A DNA stretch of 63,485 nucleotides from Gemmatimonadales bacterium (lineage in GTDB: Bacteria; Gemmatimonadota; Gemmatimonadetes; Gemmatimonadales; GWC2-71-9): NCBI GenBank assembly GCA_038321865.1, contig JBBQFH010000017.1:1-63485 (forward strand), in the 5' to 3' direction. Under the pieces are notes generated by a model. That model did not search any database. It was given only the letters and a program-made list of their open reading frames with translations, and had not been told where the DNA came from. This document shows, in pieces, positions 18,815 through 28,800 of this stretch. The translations under genes and the position numbers were made by a program. The first letter of the stretch is position 1. Each line of letters starts with the position of its first letter.

Positions 18815-19210
18815 TCATTCCGCGGTCGGGCGACCCCCGAAGCACACGATATAGCCGTCCGGGTCCTCGATGTAGAAGTCTTTCGTGCCCCATGGGGTCG
18901 CCGCGAGCGGCTTGATGATCGTTGCGCCGTTCGCCGTGCACTGCGCAAAAAATGCTTCGACGCCCTCCACCCCGGCCGCGGCGTCGAGATGCTCGTTCGC
19001 GCGGCGATGCTGGCGGTCCGCGGCGTTCCTGGGCCCTTCCTTCAAATGGAGTTCCAACCCGTCCACCTGACCGATCGCGTAAAACCCGCCCCAGGGCTCG
19101 CCGAAGGTGAAACCGAGCCTTTGGTAGTACGCCATTGAGCGCGCCAGGTCCTCGACCAGGAACTGTGGAGCGAAGGATGTCAGCCGTGGCTTCGTCTTAA
19201 CAATGCTCAT
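18815..19210 (-). CDS. VOC/glyoxalase-family protein
   Basis: VEDLARSMAYY, PWGTKDFYIEDPDG. Confidence 0.85.
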   Translation of the reverse strand: MSIVKTKPRLTSFAPQFLVEDLARSMAYYQRLGFTFGEPWGGFYAIGQVDGLELHLKEGPRNAADRQHRRANEHLDAAAGVEGVEAFFAQCTANGATIIKPLAATPWGTKDFYIEDPDGYIVCFGGRPTAE

Positions 19211-19228
19211 CGAGCCTCCGTAGTCGCG

Positions 19229-19693
19229 CTACTCCACCTCATTGTAGGCTCGCTCAAGGCCCGCAACGTCGAGCTTCACCATCGTCATCATGGCACCCAT
19301 CACGGCCTTCACCCTTCTGGGGTCGCCGTCGCGGATCAGCTCGATGAATCGCCGCGGGACAATCTGCCACGAGAGGCCGAACGGATCCTTGATCCAGCCG
19401 CACTGGGTAGGCGTTGCCCCGGCCTTGACGAGCTTGTCCCAGTACCCGTCGACTTCGGCTTGGTCCTCGCAGTCAACGTAGAGCGAAACGCCTTCGGAGA
19501 ACGTGAAGTACGGGCCCCCGTTGTAGCCCATGAAGACTTGTCCACCGACGACGAACTCGGCGGATGTGATCGGGCCGTCCTTTCCGGTGCGGGCGACGCT
19601 CCTGATTTCGGAGTCCGGAAACGTAGTGGTGTAGAACTCTATCGCCGTCTCGAGCTGGTCATTGAACATCAGGAACGGTGTCACCTTGGACAT
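19229..19693 (-). CDS. VOC / PhnB-like protein
   Basis: MSKVTPFLMF, YNGGP, CGWIKDPFGLSWQI. Confidence 0.88.
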   Translation of the reverse strand: MSKVTPFLMFNDQLETAIEFYTTTFPDSEIRSVARTGKDGPITSAEFVVGGQVFMGYNGGPYFTFSEGVSLYVDCEDQAEVDGYWDKLVKAGATPTQCGWIKDPFGLSWQIVPRRFIELIRDGDPRRVKAVMGAMMTMVKLDVAGLERAYNEVE

Positions 19694-20048
19694 CGGAGAT
19701 TCTCCTCTTTGTGACCTATGGTACCGACGATTGCGTGTCGACACCGAGGCGGGCCTCGGTACTGGCTGCTGCATGCAATGATCAGGCAGCGGTGACGCCG
19801 GGCACCGCCAGCACTTCTCGATCCGGCGTAGGACACGAGCAGTTGAAGTCGTGCCGCGTGATCTTCAGCGAACATTCTGCGGTGCAGGCCGGGCTGGCGC
19901 AAGCAAACAGCCCACGCGAACATCGCGAAATCGACGACCCGGCGTCCATCGCAATATGCGGCGGGCCTGCTGACACGCTGCGGCCGCGAGCTACCCGCAC
20001 ACGACGACAGCTCCGTGCAGAACCATCCGGCTCGTCGACGTTGTTGCT

Positions 20049-20175
20049 GCCTGAGACCGTGCCTAAGCTACAGGGACGTGGCGCGCCTGGAGCATCTACC
20101 CCGCGGCCGATGGTGGTGCCAGCCCGGCATAAGCCCACGGCCACGCCCTGCCAGCGCCGTGCGCTGGTGCTGACG
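20049..20175 (-). mobile_element. Degenerate attC-like site
   Basis: Plus strand GCCTGAG..GCCTAAGCTACAGGGACGTGG ... CCACGCCCTGCCAGC imperfect inverted repeat. Confidence 0.35.
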
Positions 20176-20228
20176 ATGGCCCGAGTCGAGCTACCGATTG
20201 TGGACATCGGAACCAACTCACTGCGACA

Positions 20229-20804
20229 ATGGAGAAGCGTATGGGAGCATGGGCGGAGGTCCTTGTGCTGACGGTACTGCTGCTGCCTGCCCTTTCCGGC
20301 TGTGCTTCGGGCGCCCGGGCTGAGCAGGAGCGACGGGCCTCCCGAGAAATCGAAGAGCTCTTTCGTGCTGATCAGGCTGATCGGACCCCTCCCGCCGACG
20401 GGCGCCAACTGACCCAGGTGGAGTTCCTGGCAGTGGGGGCGCGGGACCTTGTGCGCTTGAGTCGCGCAAAGGAGATCTATCGTCTCAACCTGCTGACCAG
20501 TTCACTAGACTTCTACCACGCCGCAGTGATCCTTCAACACTCGTGGGACTCCACAACCGCCGGGGACGACCACCTGCTGGCCCATGAATTGGCGATTATC
20601 GCCTTCGTCGGCAAGGTTCCCGGGGCGGGTTACCTGGTTGCGGCGAGCGAGGATCGTTTCCTTCAAGATGATCTGCACCGACAGCAGCGCTTCGGGACCC
20701 AGTACCCTCCCGATCCCGGACTGGAAGGCGGAGAAGAGGTCACCGACAGCCTTAGAGCTCGATTCGAAGTCCCGTCGCTGGCAAAGTTGCGGAGCCGCAA
20801 ATGA
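20229..20804 (+). CDS. Conserved hypothetical lipoprotein
   Basis: Lipobox LSGC; DQADR, AAVILQH, ASEDR, QRFGTQY motifs. Confidence 0.65.
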   Translation: MEKRMGAWAEVLVLTVLLLPALSGCASGARAEQERRASREIEELFRADQADRTPPADGRQLTQVEFLAVGARDLVRLSRAKEIYRLNLLTSSLDFYHAAVILQHSWDSTTAGDDHLLAHELAIIAFVGKVPGAGYLVAASEDRFLQDDLHRQQRFGTQYPPDPGLEGGEEVTDSLRARFEVPSLAKLRSRK

Positions 20805-20813
20805 CGGCTGGCG

Positions 20814-20896
20814 GCCTACGACGGGTTCTCGATCTGCGGCGTGATCGGTGCCAAGACACGGGTGAGTCTCGTCGCGGCCTCATGCAGTGACTAGGC
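20814..20896 (-). mobile_element. Degenerate attC-like site immediately after the brnA stop
   Basis: Minus strand GCCTAGTCACTGCATG ... CGTAGGC; shares a 16-mer with the sites at 19772 and 21633. Confidence 0.4.
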
Positions 20897-20897
20897 C

Positions 20898-21191
20898 TCA
20901 GCTCACTCGCTGGCGGCGGTGCCGTTCCTGCTCGAGCCGCTCTGCCAGGAACATCTTGAGAAGACTCTGATAGGGCACGTCCTGCCGATTCGCAAGCAGT
21001 TTCAGCTCCTCGAGCATTGCCTCCGGCAAGCGGAGCGAGATCGTGGCCGTGGAGGGCTTGAGGTTGGCCAGCGTCACCCGACGGGCGGCCGACCAGTCGA
21101 GCATCGTGCTCGAATCCTGGCGCTGCCAGTAGGCCCGCTCCTCCCGCTCGGACTTAAACCGCGGAGTCTTGGTCGTGGGCTTCTTGGGCAT
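20898..21191 (-). CDS. brnA: BrnA / CopG-family antitoxin
   Basis: FKSEREERAYW, LKPSTATISLRLP, DVPYQSLLK. Confidence 0.85.
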   Translation of the reverse strand: MPKKPTTKTPRFKSEREERAYWQRQDSSTMLDWSAARRVTLANLKPSTATISLRLPEAMLEELKLLANRQDVPYQSLLKMFLAERLEQERHRRQRVS

Positions 21192-21489
21192 ACTGATAGA
21201 CCTCCCGCTCGCGGCGGCTTTGATCCCGGGCGGAAATGACCCGAATCAGGGAGCCGCGCATGGTGAACACGACAAACAGCGCGCGACCCAGTGGAGTGCG
21301 CCCCAAGGCGTAGTAGCGGGGTTCGCTCCCGGAATGGGCGGCATCCGGGGCTAGCACGAGCGGGTCCTGAAAGAAGACCATCTCGCACTCGGCCTGCGTG
21401 ACGGCATGGCCGGCCCAGTTCTTCGTCGCGTTACCGGCGTCCCAGTGGAATCCGGTCGCCGCCGCCAACGCCTCCGATGGGTCGTGCAT
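21154..21489 (-). CDS. brnT: BrnT-family ribonuclease toxin
   Basis: FHWDAGNATKN..H, EPRYYALG, IRVISAR. Confidence 0.88.
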   Translation of the reverse strand: MHDPSEALAAATGFHWDAGNATKNWAGHAVTQAECEMVFFQDPLVLAPDAAHSGSEPRYYALGRTPLGRALFVVFTMRGSLIRVISARDQSRREREVYQYAQEAHDQDSAV

Positions 21490-21494
21490 GTCGG

Positions 21495-21523
21495 AGTATA
21501 TGGCGCCGATATACAGTTGTCAA
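21495..21523 (-). promoter_or_regulatory. brnTA promoter TTGACA-N17-TATACT with palindromic operator GTATAT-N7-ATATAC; probably leaderless
   Basis: Near-consensus hexamers; ATG 5 nt after the -10. Confidence 0.75.
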
Positions 21524-21551
21524 TACGGCGTGCGCGGGGGCGGCCGTTGCG

Positions 21552-21648
21552 GCCTGATGCCCTCGCATCAGCTGCAGGGCCCACTCATCATATGCCTAAG
21601 AATCGCTTGAACTCGCGTGGCCCTGTCTGCTGCATGCAGTGATTGGGC
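21552..21648 (-). mobile_element. attC-like recombination site (best preserved; R boxes mutated)
   Basis: Minus strand GCCCAAT-CACT-GCATGCAGCAGACAGGGCC ... GCCCTGCAGCTGATGC-GAGGGC-ATCAGGC with unpaired extra bases in the left arm. Confidence 0.6.
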
Positions 21649-21660
21649 CCCAGGCGCCGC

Positions 21661-21966
21661 TCAGCTCGCGTGCGGCAAAGGTGCGACCTCTTTCAGGAGC
21701 CGGTCCTTCAGCCGATCGCGCTCGACCTCCAGCTCGTAGCCGGTCTGGAGGTTGCGCCAAAACCGTTCCGATGTGCCGAAGAACCGCGCCAGCCGCAGCG
21801 CCGTATCGGCCGAGATCGCCCGTTTGCCGTGCACGATCTCGTTGATTCGCCGGGCCGGCACGCTGAGACTCTTGGCCAGCCGGTACTGGGTCACCTCGAG
21901 CGGCTTGAGGAAGTCCTCGAGCAGGACCTCACCGGGATGAATCGGGGGCAGGCGGCGCGGGGGCAT
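21661..21966 (-). CDS. higA: HigA-family antitoxin
   Basis: PIHPGEVLLEDFL, RRINEIVHGKRAISADTALRL, FWRNLQ. Confidence 0.92.
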   Translation of the reverse strand: MPPRRLPPIHPGEVLLEDFLKPLEVTQYRLAKSLSVPARRINEIVHGKRAISADTALRLARFFGTSERFWRNLQTGYELEVERDRLKDRLLKEVAPLPHAS

Positions 21967-21975
21967 GGGATCCTC

Positions 21976-22257
21976 CTAGTGGTAGTCCACGATCTCGACA
22001 TCGAAGGCGTCGCCGTCATGCCAGCGAAAGCAGACTCGCCACTGATCGTTGATGCGAATGCTGTATTGGCCGGCCCGCGCACCCCGGAGCGCTTCAAGCC
22101 GGTTGCCGGGCGGCACCCGAAGATCGGCCAGCCGCGTGGCGGCGTCGAGCTGGACGAGCTTCCGGAGCGTGACCCGCAGCAGGGTCGGCGGCAGGCGCCG
22201 CACGGGCGCCCGGTGGAACAGGCGCTCCGCGTCCTTGCCGACGAAGCTGCGAATCCT
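21976..22257 (-). CDS. higB: HigB (RelE-like) toxin; expected start codon reads AGG
   Basis: xIRSF.GKDAERLF...PPGNRLEALRG.RAGQYSIRINDQWRVCF...VEIVDYH. Confidence 0.8.
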   Translation of the reverse strand, partial: RIRSFVGKDAERLFHRAPVRRLPPTLLRVTLRKLVQLDAATRLADLRVPPGNRLEALRGARAGQYSIRINDQWRVCFRWHDGDAFDVEIVDYH

Positions 22258-22343
22258 CGGAAATACCTAGCCCCCACCGGCCGGTGAGGACAAGGATCAG
22301 CCTGCCGCGTGAGACTGCACCGTCAGGACGACGCACGTAGTTG

Positions 22344-22378
22344 ACCGCCGCCGATGGCCGCTGCCACCGGCGGCGGTC
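22344..22378. terminator. GC hairpin downstream of the glycosyltransferase gene
   Basis: GACCGCCGCCG ... CGGCGGCGGTC inverted repeat; no clear U-tract. Confidence 0.4.
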
Positions 22379-22386
22379 GCGTATCC

Positions 22387-25300
22387 TCACGCCGGCAGCT
22401 GCACCGTCGCCTTTCGCTCCAGCTTTCCCCACCCGACCAGCCGCCCCCGGATCGCCACCACGAACGACCGCACCACCACCCAGTACATCACCTGCCGGTA
22501 GGCGAAGCGCTGCAGGAAGATCAGCCAGGTCAGACTCCGGTCCTCCCCCGGCTCCAGCAGGAACGCGACCACCGCCGCCAGCCAGTCCACCACCAGGAAC
22601 ACCGCGTAGAACGTCATCACCTGCACCAGGTCGGTCATCGCGTACGTCGCCCCGTGCTCCTGCCGCGTCAGCCACACCGACGCGAGACTCCAGAGGAACA
22701 TCAGGTCCGCGATCGGCGACACCGCCGGAAAGAGCAGCTGGAAGATCCAGGTGTTGGGCATCGCGATCCGGCCCAGCGACCCGTAGCGCGGATTCAGGAA
22801 CGCGTCCCGGTGCTTCCACATGCACTGGAGCGTCCCGAACGACCAGCGGAACCGCTGCCGCGCCAGCGTCCGGACGGTGTCCGGCGCCTCGGTGTAGGCG
22901 ATCGCCCGGTCGGCGTACGCGATCACGTGCCCCGCCCGCCGCACCGTGATCGTCAGGTCCTGGTCCTCCGCCAGCGTGTCGTCGCTGAACCCGCCCAGCT
23001 CCACCACCACCGACTTCCGCCACGCCCCCACCGCCCCCGGCACCACCGTGATCGCGTTGAACAGCGACAGCGCCCGCCGGTCGAGGTTCTGGCTGGTCAC
23101 GTACTCCAGTGCCTGCCACCGGGTGACGAGGTTGACGCGGTTGCCCACCTTCGCGTTCCCCGCCACGGCACCGACCTCGGGCCGCTCCAGCGGCGCCACC
23201 AGTGCCGCCAGCGTCCCCGGCGTGAACACCGTGTCGGCGTCGAGCCCCACGACGATCTCCCCCCGCGCCCGCGCGATGCCGTAGTTGAGGGCGCTCGCCT
23301 TGCCGCCGTTGGACTTCCGGTGGAGCGTCACCTGCGGATGTCCCTCGTACGCCGCCCGCACCACGTCGCTCGTGTCGTCCGGCGACCCGTCATCCACCAC
23401 CACGATCTCGAACGGCCCGGCATACACCTGCCCCAGGAGACTCCGGATCGTCGCGTTGATCACCCGCGCCTCGTTGTACGCCGGCACGATCACGCTCACC
23501 GCCGGCGCGTAGCCCTCCCGCGGCCGCGCCCGGCGCTCCTGCAGCTTCCCGGCGCCCCGCTGCAGCAGCGCCATCGCCAGCACCGCGACCAGCCGTCCCA
23601 TGCCCAGCACCACCGCCAGCAGGAAGATCCAGTGCAGCAGCCACTCGATCCCGCCCACCACCCCGAACGTCGCCAGCTCCAGCAGCCGGGTCATCGCGCC
23701 GCGCGCCGGCAGCGGCGCCATCGCCTGCTCGCGGGAAATCCCCGCCAGCTCCGACAGCAGCACCAGCGTGTCCCCCCGCGCGCGCAGCGAATCGATCAGC
23801 GGACCCAGCGCCGCCACCGTCTGGCTCCGCTCGCCGCCGCCGTCGTGCAGCAGGATCACGTTCCCCGACCGCGCGTCGGTCACCGCCTCCCGCTGGCGGA
23901 GCACGGTGTCCACGATCGTCTGCGTCCCGGGATGCTCCCAGTCCTCCGAATCGATGTGCAGCCCCGCCGTCACGTAGCCGAGCTCGTTCGCGATCCGCAC
24001 CGGCTCCAGCTCGCTGCTGTCGGTCGGCTCGGCGTCGCCGAAGTAGGGCGGGCGGAAGAACGCCGAGCGGCGGCCGGTCACCGCCTCGAGCAGGCGCTCG
24101 GTCGCGTCGAGCTGGAGGCGGGTCACGAACGGCGAGGTCAGTGCCAGGTTGGGATGGGTGAACGTATGATTGCCGAACTCGTGCCCCTCGCTCACGATCC
24201 GCCGCATCAGGCCCAGATGGCGCTCGACGTTCTGGCCGATGACGAAGAAGGTCGCCGGCGCGTGCCGTGACCGGAGCGTGTCGAGGATGAAGGGTGTCCA
24301 CGTCCCGTCCGGCCCGTCGTCGAAGGTCAGCGCCACCCGGTGGCCGCTCCGCCCGTAGCGCCGCACCGCCCAGGGCGACGGATACCCGGTCACCACCTCA
24401 CCCTGGACCAGCCCCGTCACCGAGTCCACCCGGATCCCCCGCGTCCCCGCGGTCGGCTGCGCCATGAGCTGGAGGATCTCGCCGTCGCCGTCGAACTCGA
24501 CGTCGTAGCCGGCGGGGATCTGCGCCAGCCCGGTCACCGGCTCCGCGTTGGGCCGCCGGCCGATCACCCGCCACATCGCCGGGTCTTCCGAGCCCAGCCG
24601 CCAGATCGCCCGGCCCGCCGCCCCCGCCGCATCGCCCACCAGCGCCTGGTTGTAGGCGGTGACGCCGTCGAGATACCAGGCGACGTGGTCGGTCGAGTCG
24701 GGGTCGGTCCAGGTGAGATAGGGATTGAGCGCCAGCGAGTCGAACACAATGCGCGCGTTGTGGGTCCGCGCCGCCAGCATCACGTCCTGGAAGGTCATCT
24801 CCGCACCCGACGCGTCCGGCCCCGCGTCGTTCCAGTCGTACCCGTACGCGCCGATCGCCAGGATCGTCCGCTCCGGCTTCACGATCCTCAGCAGGTGCCG
24901 CACCCGCTCGGCGTACCAGCCCTGGCTCGCCACCGGCCCCGCGTCACCCCGCCCGTAGTGCTCGTCGTAGAGCATGAGGAAGACGCGGTCGTTGGCGTCG
25001 CCGTACTGGCGGAGCCACTTGTCGGAGATGTCGGCGCCGAGCGCCTGCGAGGTGACGGCGCCGCGCACCGTGAGCCGGGCCCGGAGCGCCCGGACGAAGG
25101 TCACCACGTCGGCGTTCAGGTCGGGCGGGATCCCCTCGAAGTCGAGGGTGACGCCGCCCAGCCCGTAGCGGTGGACGAAGTCGTCGAGCTGCTGGACGGC
25201 GCGGGCCCGGCTCTCCGGCGTCGCCACCAGCCGGCGGAGGTCACGCGACTGGAACTGCTTCCCGCCCGAATCGAAGTTGCTGACCATGGCGAAGACCAGC

Positions 25301-25827
25301 GGCCGCTCCGCCTCCGGCAGCCGCTGCACCACGTAGAGCACCTTGGGATCCACCGCGAACCGGAGCGAGTCGCCGCCTGCGGCGATGAAGCTCCACTCGC
25401 ACACCACCCAGTCCATCTCGGTCGCGTGCGCCGCGAACGACGCGAACGAGTTGTCGTCCCAGTTGACGTAGAAGCCCACGGTGAGCGGCTCGTTCGACTC
25501 GGCCCGGGTCGGCGCCCGCGGCGGCGCGCCGGCCAGCGGCAGCCGCGACGGCTTGACCGCCGCCGGCTCCCGCCGCCGGCCCAGCGCCGCGAAGAGCCGC
25601 CGCTTCGCGGCCAGCCGCTCGCGCGCCTGCCGGGTGGTGAGCAGTGCCGGCAGCCGGGCGATCGGGCGCTCGGCGCGCCAGACGGGGAGGAGCGGGGGGA
25701 CGAAGATGCTGATGATGACGCTGGCGGCGAGCAGCGTCGTGAGGACGCCGGTGGCCAGCGCCGCGCGCCGGAGCCGGCGCCAGCGCCGGCCCGACGGGTC
25801 GAGGAATACCGATCGCGGAGCGGTCGT
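22387..25827 (-). CDS. GH18-like + CE4 polysaccharide deacetylase + GT2 (PgaC/IcaA-like) multidomain polysaccharide synthase
   Basis: LDFE, TFDDGP, HTFTH, RPPY, LLHD, DDGS, DAD, TLAED, QRFRW; frame stays open upstream of 25479 with VFLDPSGRRW plus a TM helix; start position uncertain. Confidence 0.88.
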   Translation of the reverse strand, partial: TTAPRSVFLDPSGRRWRRLRRAALATGVLTTLLAASVIISIFVPPLLPVWRAERPIARLPALLTTRQARERLAAKRRLFAALGRRREPAAVKPSRLPLAGAPPRAPTRAESNEPLTVGFYVNWDDNSFASFAAHATEMDWVVCEWSFIAAGGDSLRFAVDPKVLYVVQRLPEAERPLVFAMVSNFDSGGKQFQSRDLRRLVATPESRARAVQQLDDFVHRYGLGGVTLDFEGIPPDLNADVVTFVRALRARLTVRGAVTSQALGADISDKWLRQYGDANDRVFLMLYDEHYGRGDAGPVASQGWYAERVRHLLRIVKPERTILAIGAYGYDWNDAGPDASGAEMTFQDVMLAARTHNARIVFDSLALNPYLTWTDPDSTDHVAWYLDGVTAYNQALVGDAAGAAGRAIWRLGSEDPAMWRVIGRRPNAEPVTGLAQIPAGYDVEFDGDGEILQLMAQPTAGTRGIRVDSVTGLVQGEVVTGYPSPWAVRRYGRSGHRVALTFDDGPDGTWTPFILDTLRSRHAPATFFVIGQNVERHLGLMRRIVSEGHEFGNHTFTHPNLALTSPFVTRLQLDATERLLEAVTGRRSAFFRPPYFGDAEPTDSSELEPVRIANELGYVTAGLHIDSEDWEHPGTQTIVDTVLRQREAVTDARSGNVILLHDGGGERSQTVAALGPLIDSLRARGDTLVLLSELAGISREQAMAPLPARGAMTRLLELATFGVVGGIEWLLHWIFLLAVVLGMGRLVAVLAMALLQRGAGKLQERRARPREGYAPAVSVIVPAYNEARVINATIRSLLGQVYAGPFEIVVVDDGSPDDTSDVVRAAYEGHPQVTLHRKSNGGKASALNYGIARARGEIVVGLDADTVFTPGTLAALVAPLERPEVGAVAGNAKVGNRVNLVTRWQALEYVTSQNLDRRALSLFNAITVVPGAVGAWRKSVVVELGGFSDDTLAEDQDLTITVRRAGHVIAYADRAIAYTEAPDTVRTLARQRFRWSFGTLQCMWKHRDAFLNPRYGSLGRIAMPNTWIFQLLFPAVSPIADLMFLWSLASVWLTRQEHGATYAMTDLVQVMTFYAVFLVVDWLAAVVAFLLEPGEDRSLTWLIFLQRFAYRQVMYWVVVRSFVVAIRGRLVGWGKLERKATVQLPA

Positions 25828-25833
25828 GCGGGA

Positions 25834-28800
25834 TTACCCTTTCGCGTCTCCGGCTGCGGCCACCGTCGCCGGCACCGTCGTGAGCACCGGCGCGGCCAGC
25901 GCCGCCGCCACGATCCGGTTCTGCTCCGCCGTGTGCGCCGCCGGATACCCCTCGGCCGGACTCGCCCGGTCGGGACGGCCCACGTAGCTCAGCGGCACGC
26001 CCTCGGGAAGCAGCGCCCGGAGCCGGGGCTCGAGGTAGCGCCACGCTCCCATGTTCCGCGGCTCTTCCTGCGCCCACACGATCTCCTCGACGGCTCCATA
26101 TCGCGCGAACACCTCGCGCACCTCGGCCTCGGGGAACGAATGCAGCTGCTCCAGCCGCACCAGCGCGGGACGCTGCCCGGTCATCTTCTCCGCCTCGGCG
26201 CGCAGATCGTAGTACACCTTGCCGCTGCAGAGCACGAGACGGGTGACCCCCGCTGGATCGGCCATCGCCGGATCGTCGAGCACCGGCCGGAAGGTGCCGG
26301 CGGTGAGCTCGGCCACAGTGGACGCCGCCTGCGGCAGCCGCAGCAGGCTCTTCGGCGTCATCACGATCAGTGGACGCTGGCGGTCCCGCTTGGCCTGGCG
26401 GCGGAGCAGGTGGAAGTACTGCGCCGGCGTGGTGCAGTTGGCCACCCGGAGATTCCCCTCCGCCGCGCTCTGGAGGAAGCGCTCTAGCCGGGCGCTCGAG
26501 TGCTCGGGACCCTGGCCCTCGTAGCCGTGCGGCAGCAGCAGTGTCAGCCGCGATGTCTGCCCCCACTTCGACAGCCCCGCGGCGATGAACTGGTCGATCA
26601 TCACCTGCGCGCCGTTGATGAAGTCGCCGAACTGCGCCTCCCAGAGCACGAACGACTCCGGCGCCGCCACGCTGTAGCCGTACTCGAAGCCGATGCACGC
26701 CAGCTCCGAGAGCGGGCTGTTGTGCAGCTCCATCGTCGCCGTGGCGCCGGGGAGATGCATGATCGGCGCGTAGCGGGCACCGGTCTCCGCGTCGTGCAGC
26801 ACCATGTGCCGGTGGCTGAACGTCCCCCGCTCGGTGTCCTGCCCGGTGAGCCGGATCGGCACCCCCTCGACCAGGAGCGACGCAAAGGCGAGCGCCTCGC
26901 CCTGGGCCCAGTCGATTCCGCCCTCCGCCCCCATCGCCGCGCGCCGCCGCTCGAGCTGCTTGCCCAGCTTGGGATTCACCTGGAATCCCTCGGGCCAGAC
27001 CAGCAGCTGGTCGTTCAGCGTCGTCAGGATCTCGGCCGGGAGGGCGGTGTCCACGGTCTGCGGCGGCACCGGCCGCACCGCCGCCGCGGCGCCCGGTGTC
27101 TTCGGCTTGCCGAGACTCGCCTTGAACGTCGTCTGGATATCCACCAGCCGCTGGTAGGCCGCGGCCGCCTGCGCCTCCGCCGCCTCCGCCGTGACGATCC
27201 CTTCGGCCGCGAGCTGCCCGGCGTAGCGCTGGCGCACCGTCGGATGCGACTTGATCGCCTGGTACATCTGCGACTGGGTGTACGACGGCTCGTCGCCCTC
27301 GTTATGGCCGTGGCGCCGGTAGCCGACCAGGTCGATCAGCGCGTCGGCGCCGAACTTCGACCGGTACGCCATCGAGAGCCGGACGGCCACGAGGCATGCT
27401 TCGGCGTCGTCGGCGTTGACGTGCACGATGGGGATGTCGAACCCCTTCGCCAGGTCGCTGGCATACTGGGTCGAGCGCGCCTCGCTGGGATCGGTGGTGA
27501 AGCCGACCTGGTTGTTGGTGATGAGGTGGAGCGTGCCGCCGGTTCGGTATCCCGCCAGCGCGCCGAGGTTGAGCGTCTCGGCGACGACGCCTTGGCCGGC
27601 AAAGGCCGCGTCGCCGTGGATCACCACCGGCACCGCCGCCGTCGTGTCCACCACCACCTCGCGCCCGCGGCGCTGGGTCTGCTCCGCGCGGGCGCGGCCG
27701 TCCACCACCGGGCCGACGAACTCGAGATGGCTCGGATTCGGCACCAGCGTGACGGTCACCGACTTCCCATTGTCGGTGCGGTACGCGCCCTCGGCGCCGT
27801 GATGATACTTCACGTCGCCGGTGCCGCCTTCGGGGGTGAGCTGTCCGCCCTCGACGTGCCGCCCGCCCTCGAACTCGGCGAAGATCGTCTCGGCCGGCCG
27901 GCCGATGGTGTGCGCCAGCACGTTGAGCCGCCCGCGGTGCGCCATGCCGATCACGACGTCACGGGCGCCCGCGTCCACCGCGACGTCCATGGTGAAGTCG
28001 AGCATCGGCACCAGCATGTCCACGCCCTCGATCGAGAACCGCTTCTGGCCCAGGTAGGCCTTGTGCAGGAACTTCTCCAGCGTCTCGACCTCGGTGAGGC
28101 GCGCCAGCAGGCGCTTCTTCTGGTCCGGCGCCAGCGGGTGGCTGAAGGTGCCCGACTCGATCTGCTCCCGGAGCCAGACGCGCTGCTCGTGGCTGGCGAT
28201 GTGCTCGACCTGGTAGGCGATGGTGCCGCAGTAGGTCTCGCGAAGGCGGGGCAACGCTTCCAGCAGCGACTGGCCGGGCACGAATACCCGGAGCACCGAT
28301 GACGGGATCTGCGCCATCACCTCGTCGGTGAGGCCGAGGCCGGCGGGGTCGAGCGCGGGATCACCCACCGGCTCGGCGCCCAGCGGATCGAGGTGCGCGG
28401 CGAGATGGCCGTGGGTCCGGAACGCCTTCACCAGCGCCATCGCCGCGGCGACGTGCTGCATGTCGGGGCCACCCGCGTGGATCGGAGCGGGCGCGGCTTC
28501 GGTGGCGGCCACGGCGCGCGGGGCGGCGGCCGGCGCCGTCACGGCGCGTGGGGCGGCCCCGGGAAATAGCGCTTCGTAGAAGCCGTCCTTCCCCTGCAGC
28601 ATCCCGTCCAGCGTGCCGAGGAACTGCCCCGACTCGGCGCCCTGGATCACGCGGTGATCGTAGGTGCTGGTGATCGTCATGACCTTGGCGACGCCCAGCT
28701 CGCGGATCTTCTCCGGCGTCACCGTGGCGAACTCGGGCGGATAGGCGATCGAGCCGACCGCGATGATGCTCCCCTGTCCCGCCATCAGCCGCGGCACCGA

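Noticed and set aside
19694..20228. ORFs of 80-208 aa in the gap between the VOC gene and the lipoprotein
   Set aside because: No recognisable motifs and atypical composition; better explained as decayed cassette or attC DNA.
18350..21660. Recurrent short repeats as a CRISPR array or IS ends
   Set aside because: Repeats are degenerate, separated by gene-sized gaps, and no cas or transposase is present.
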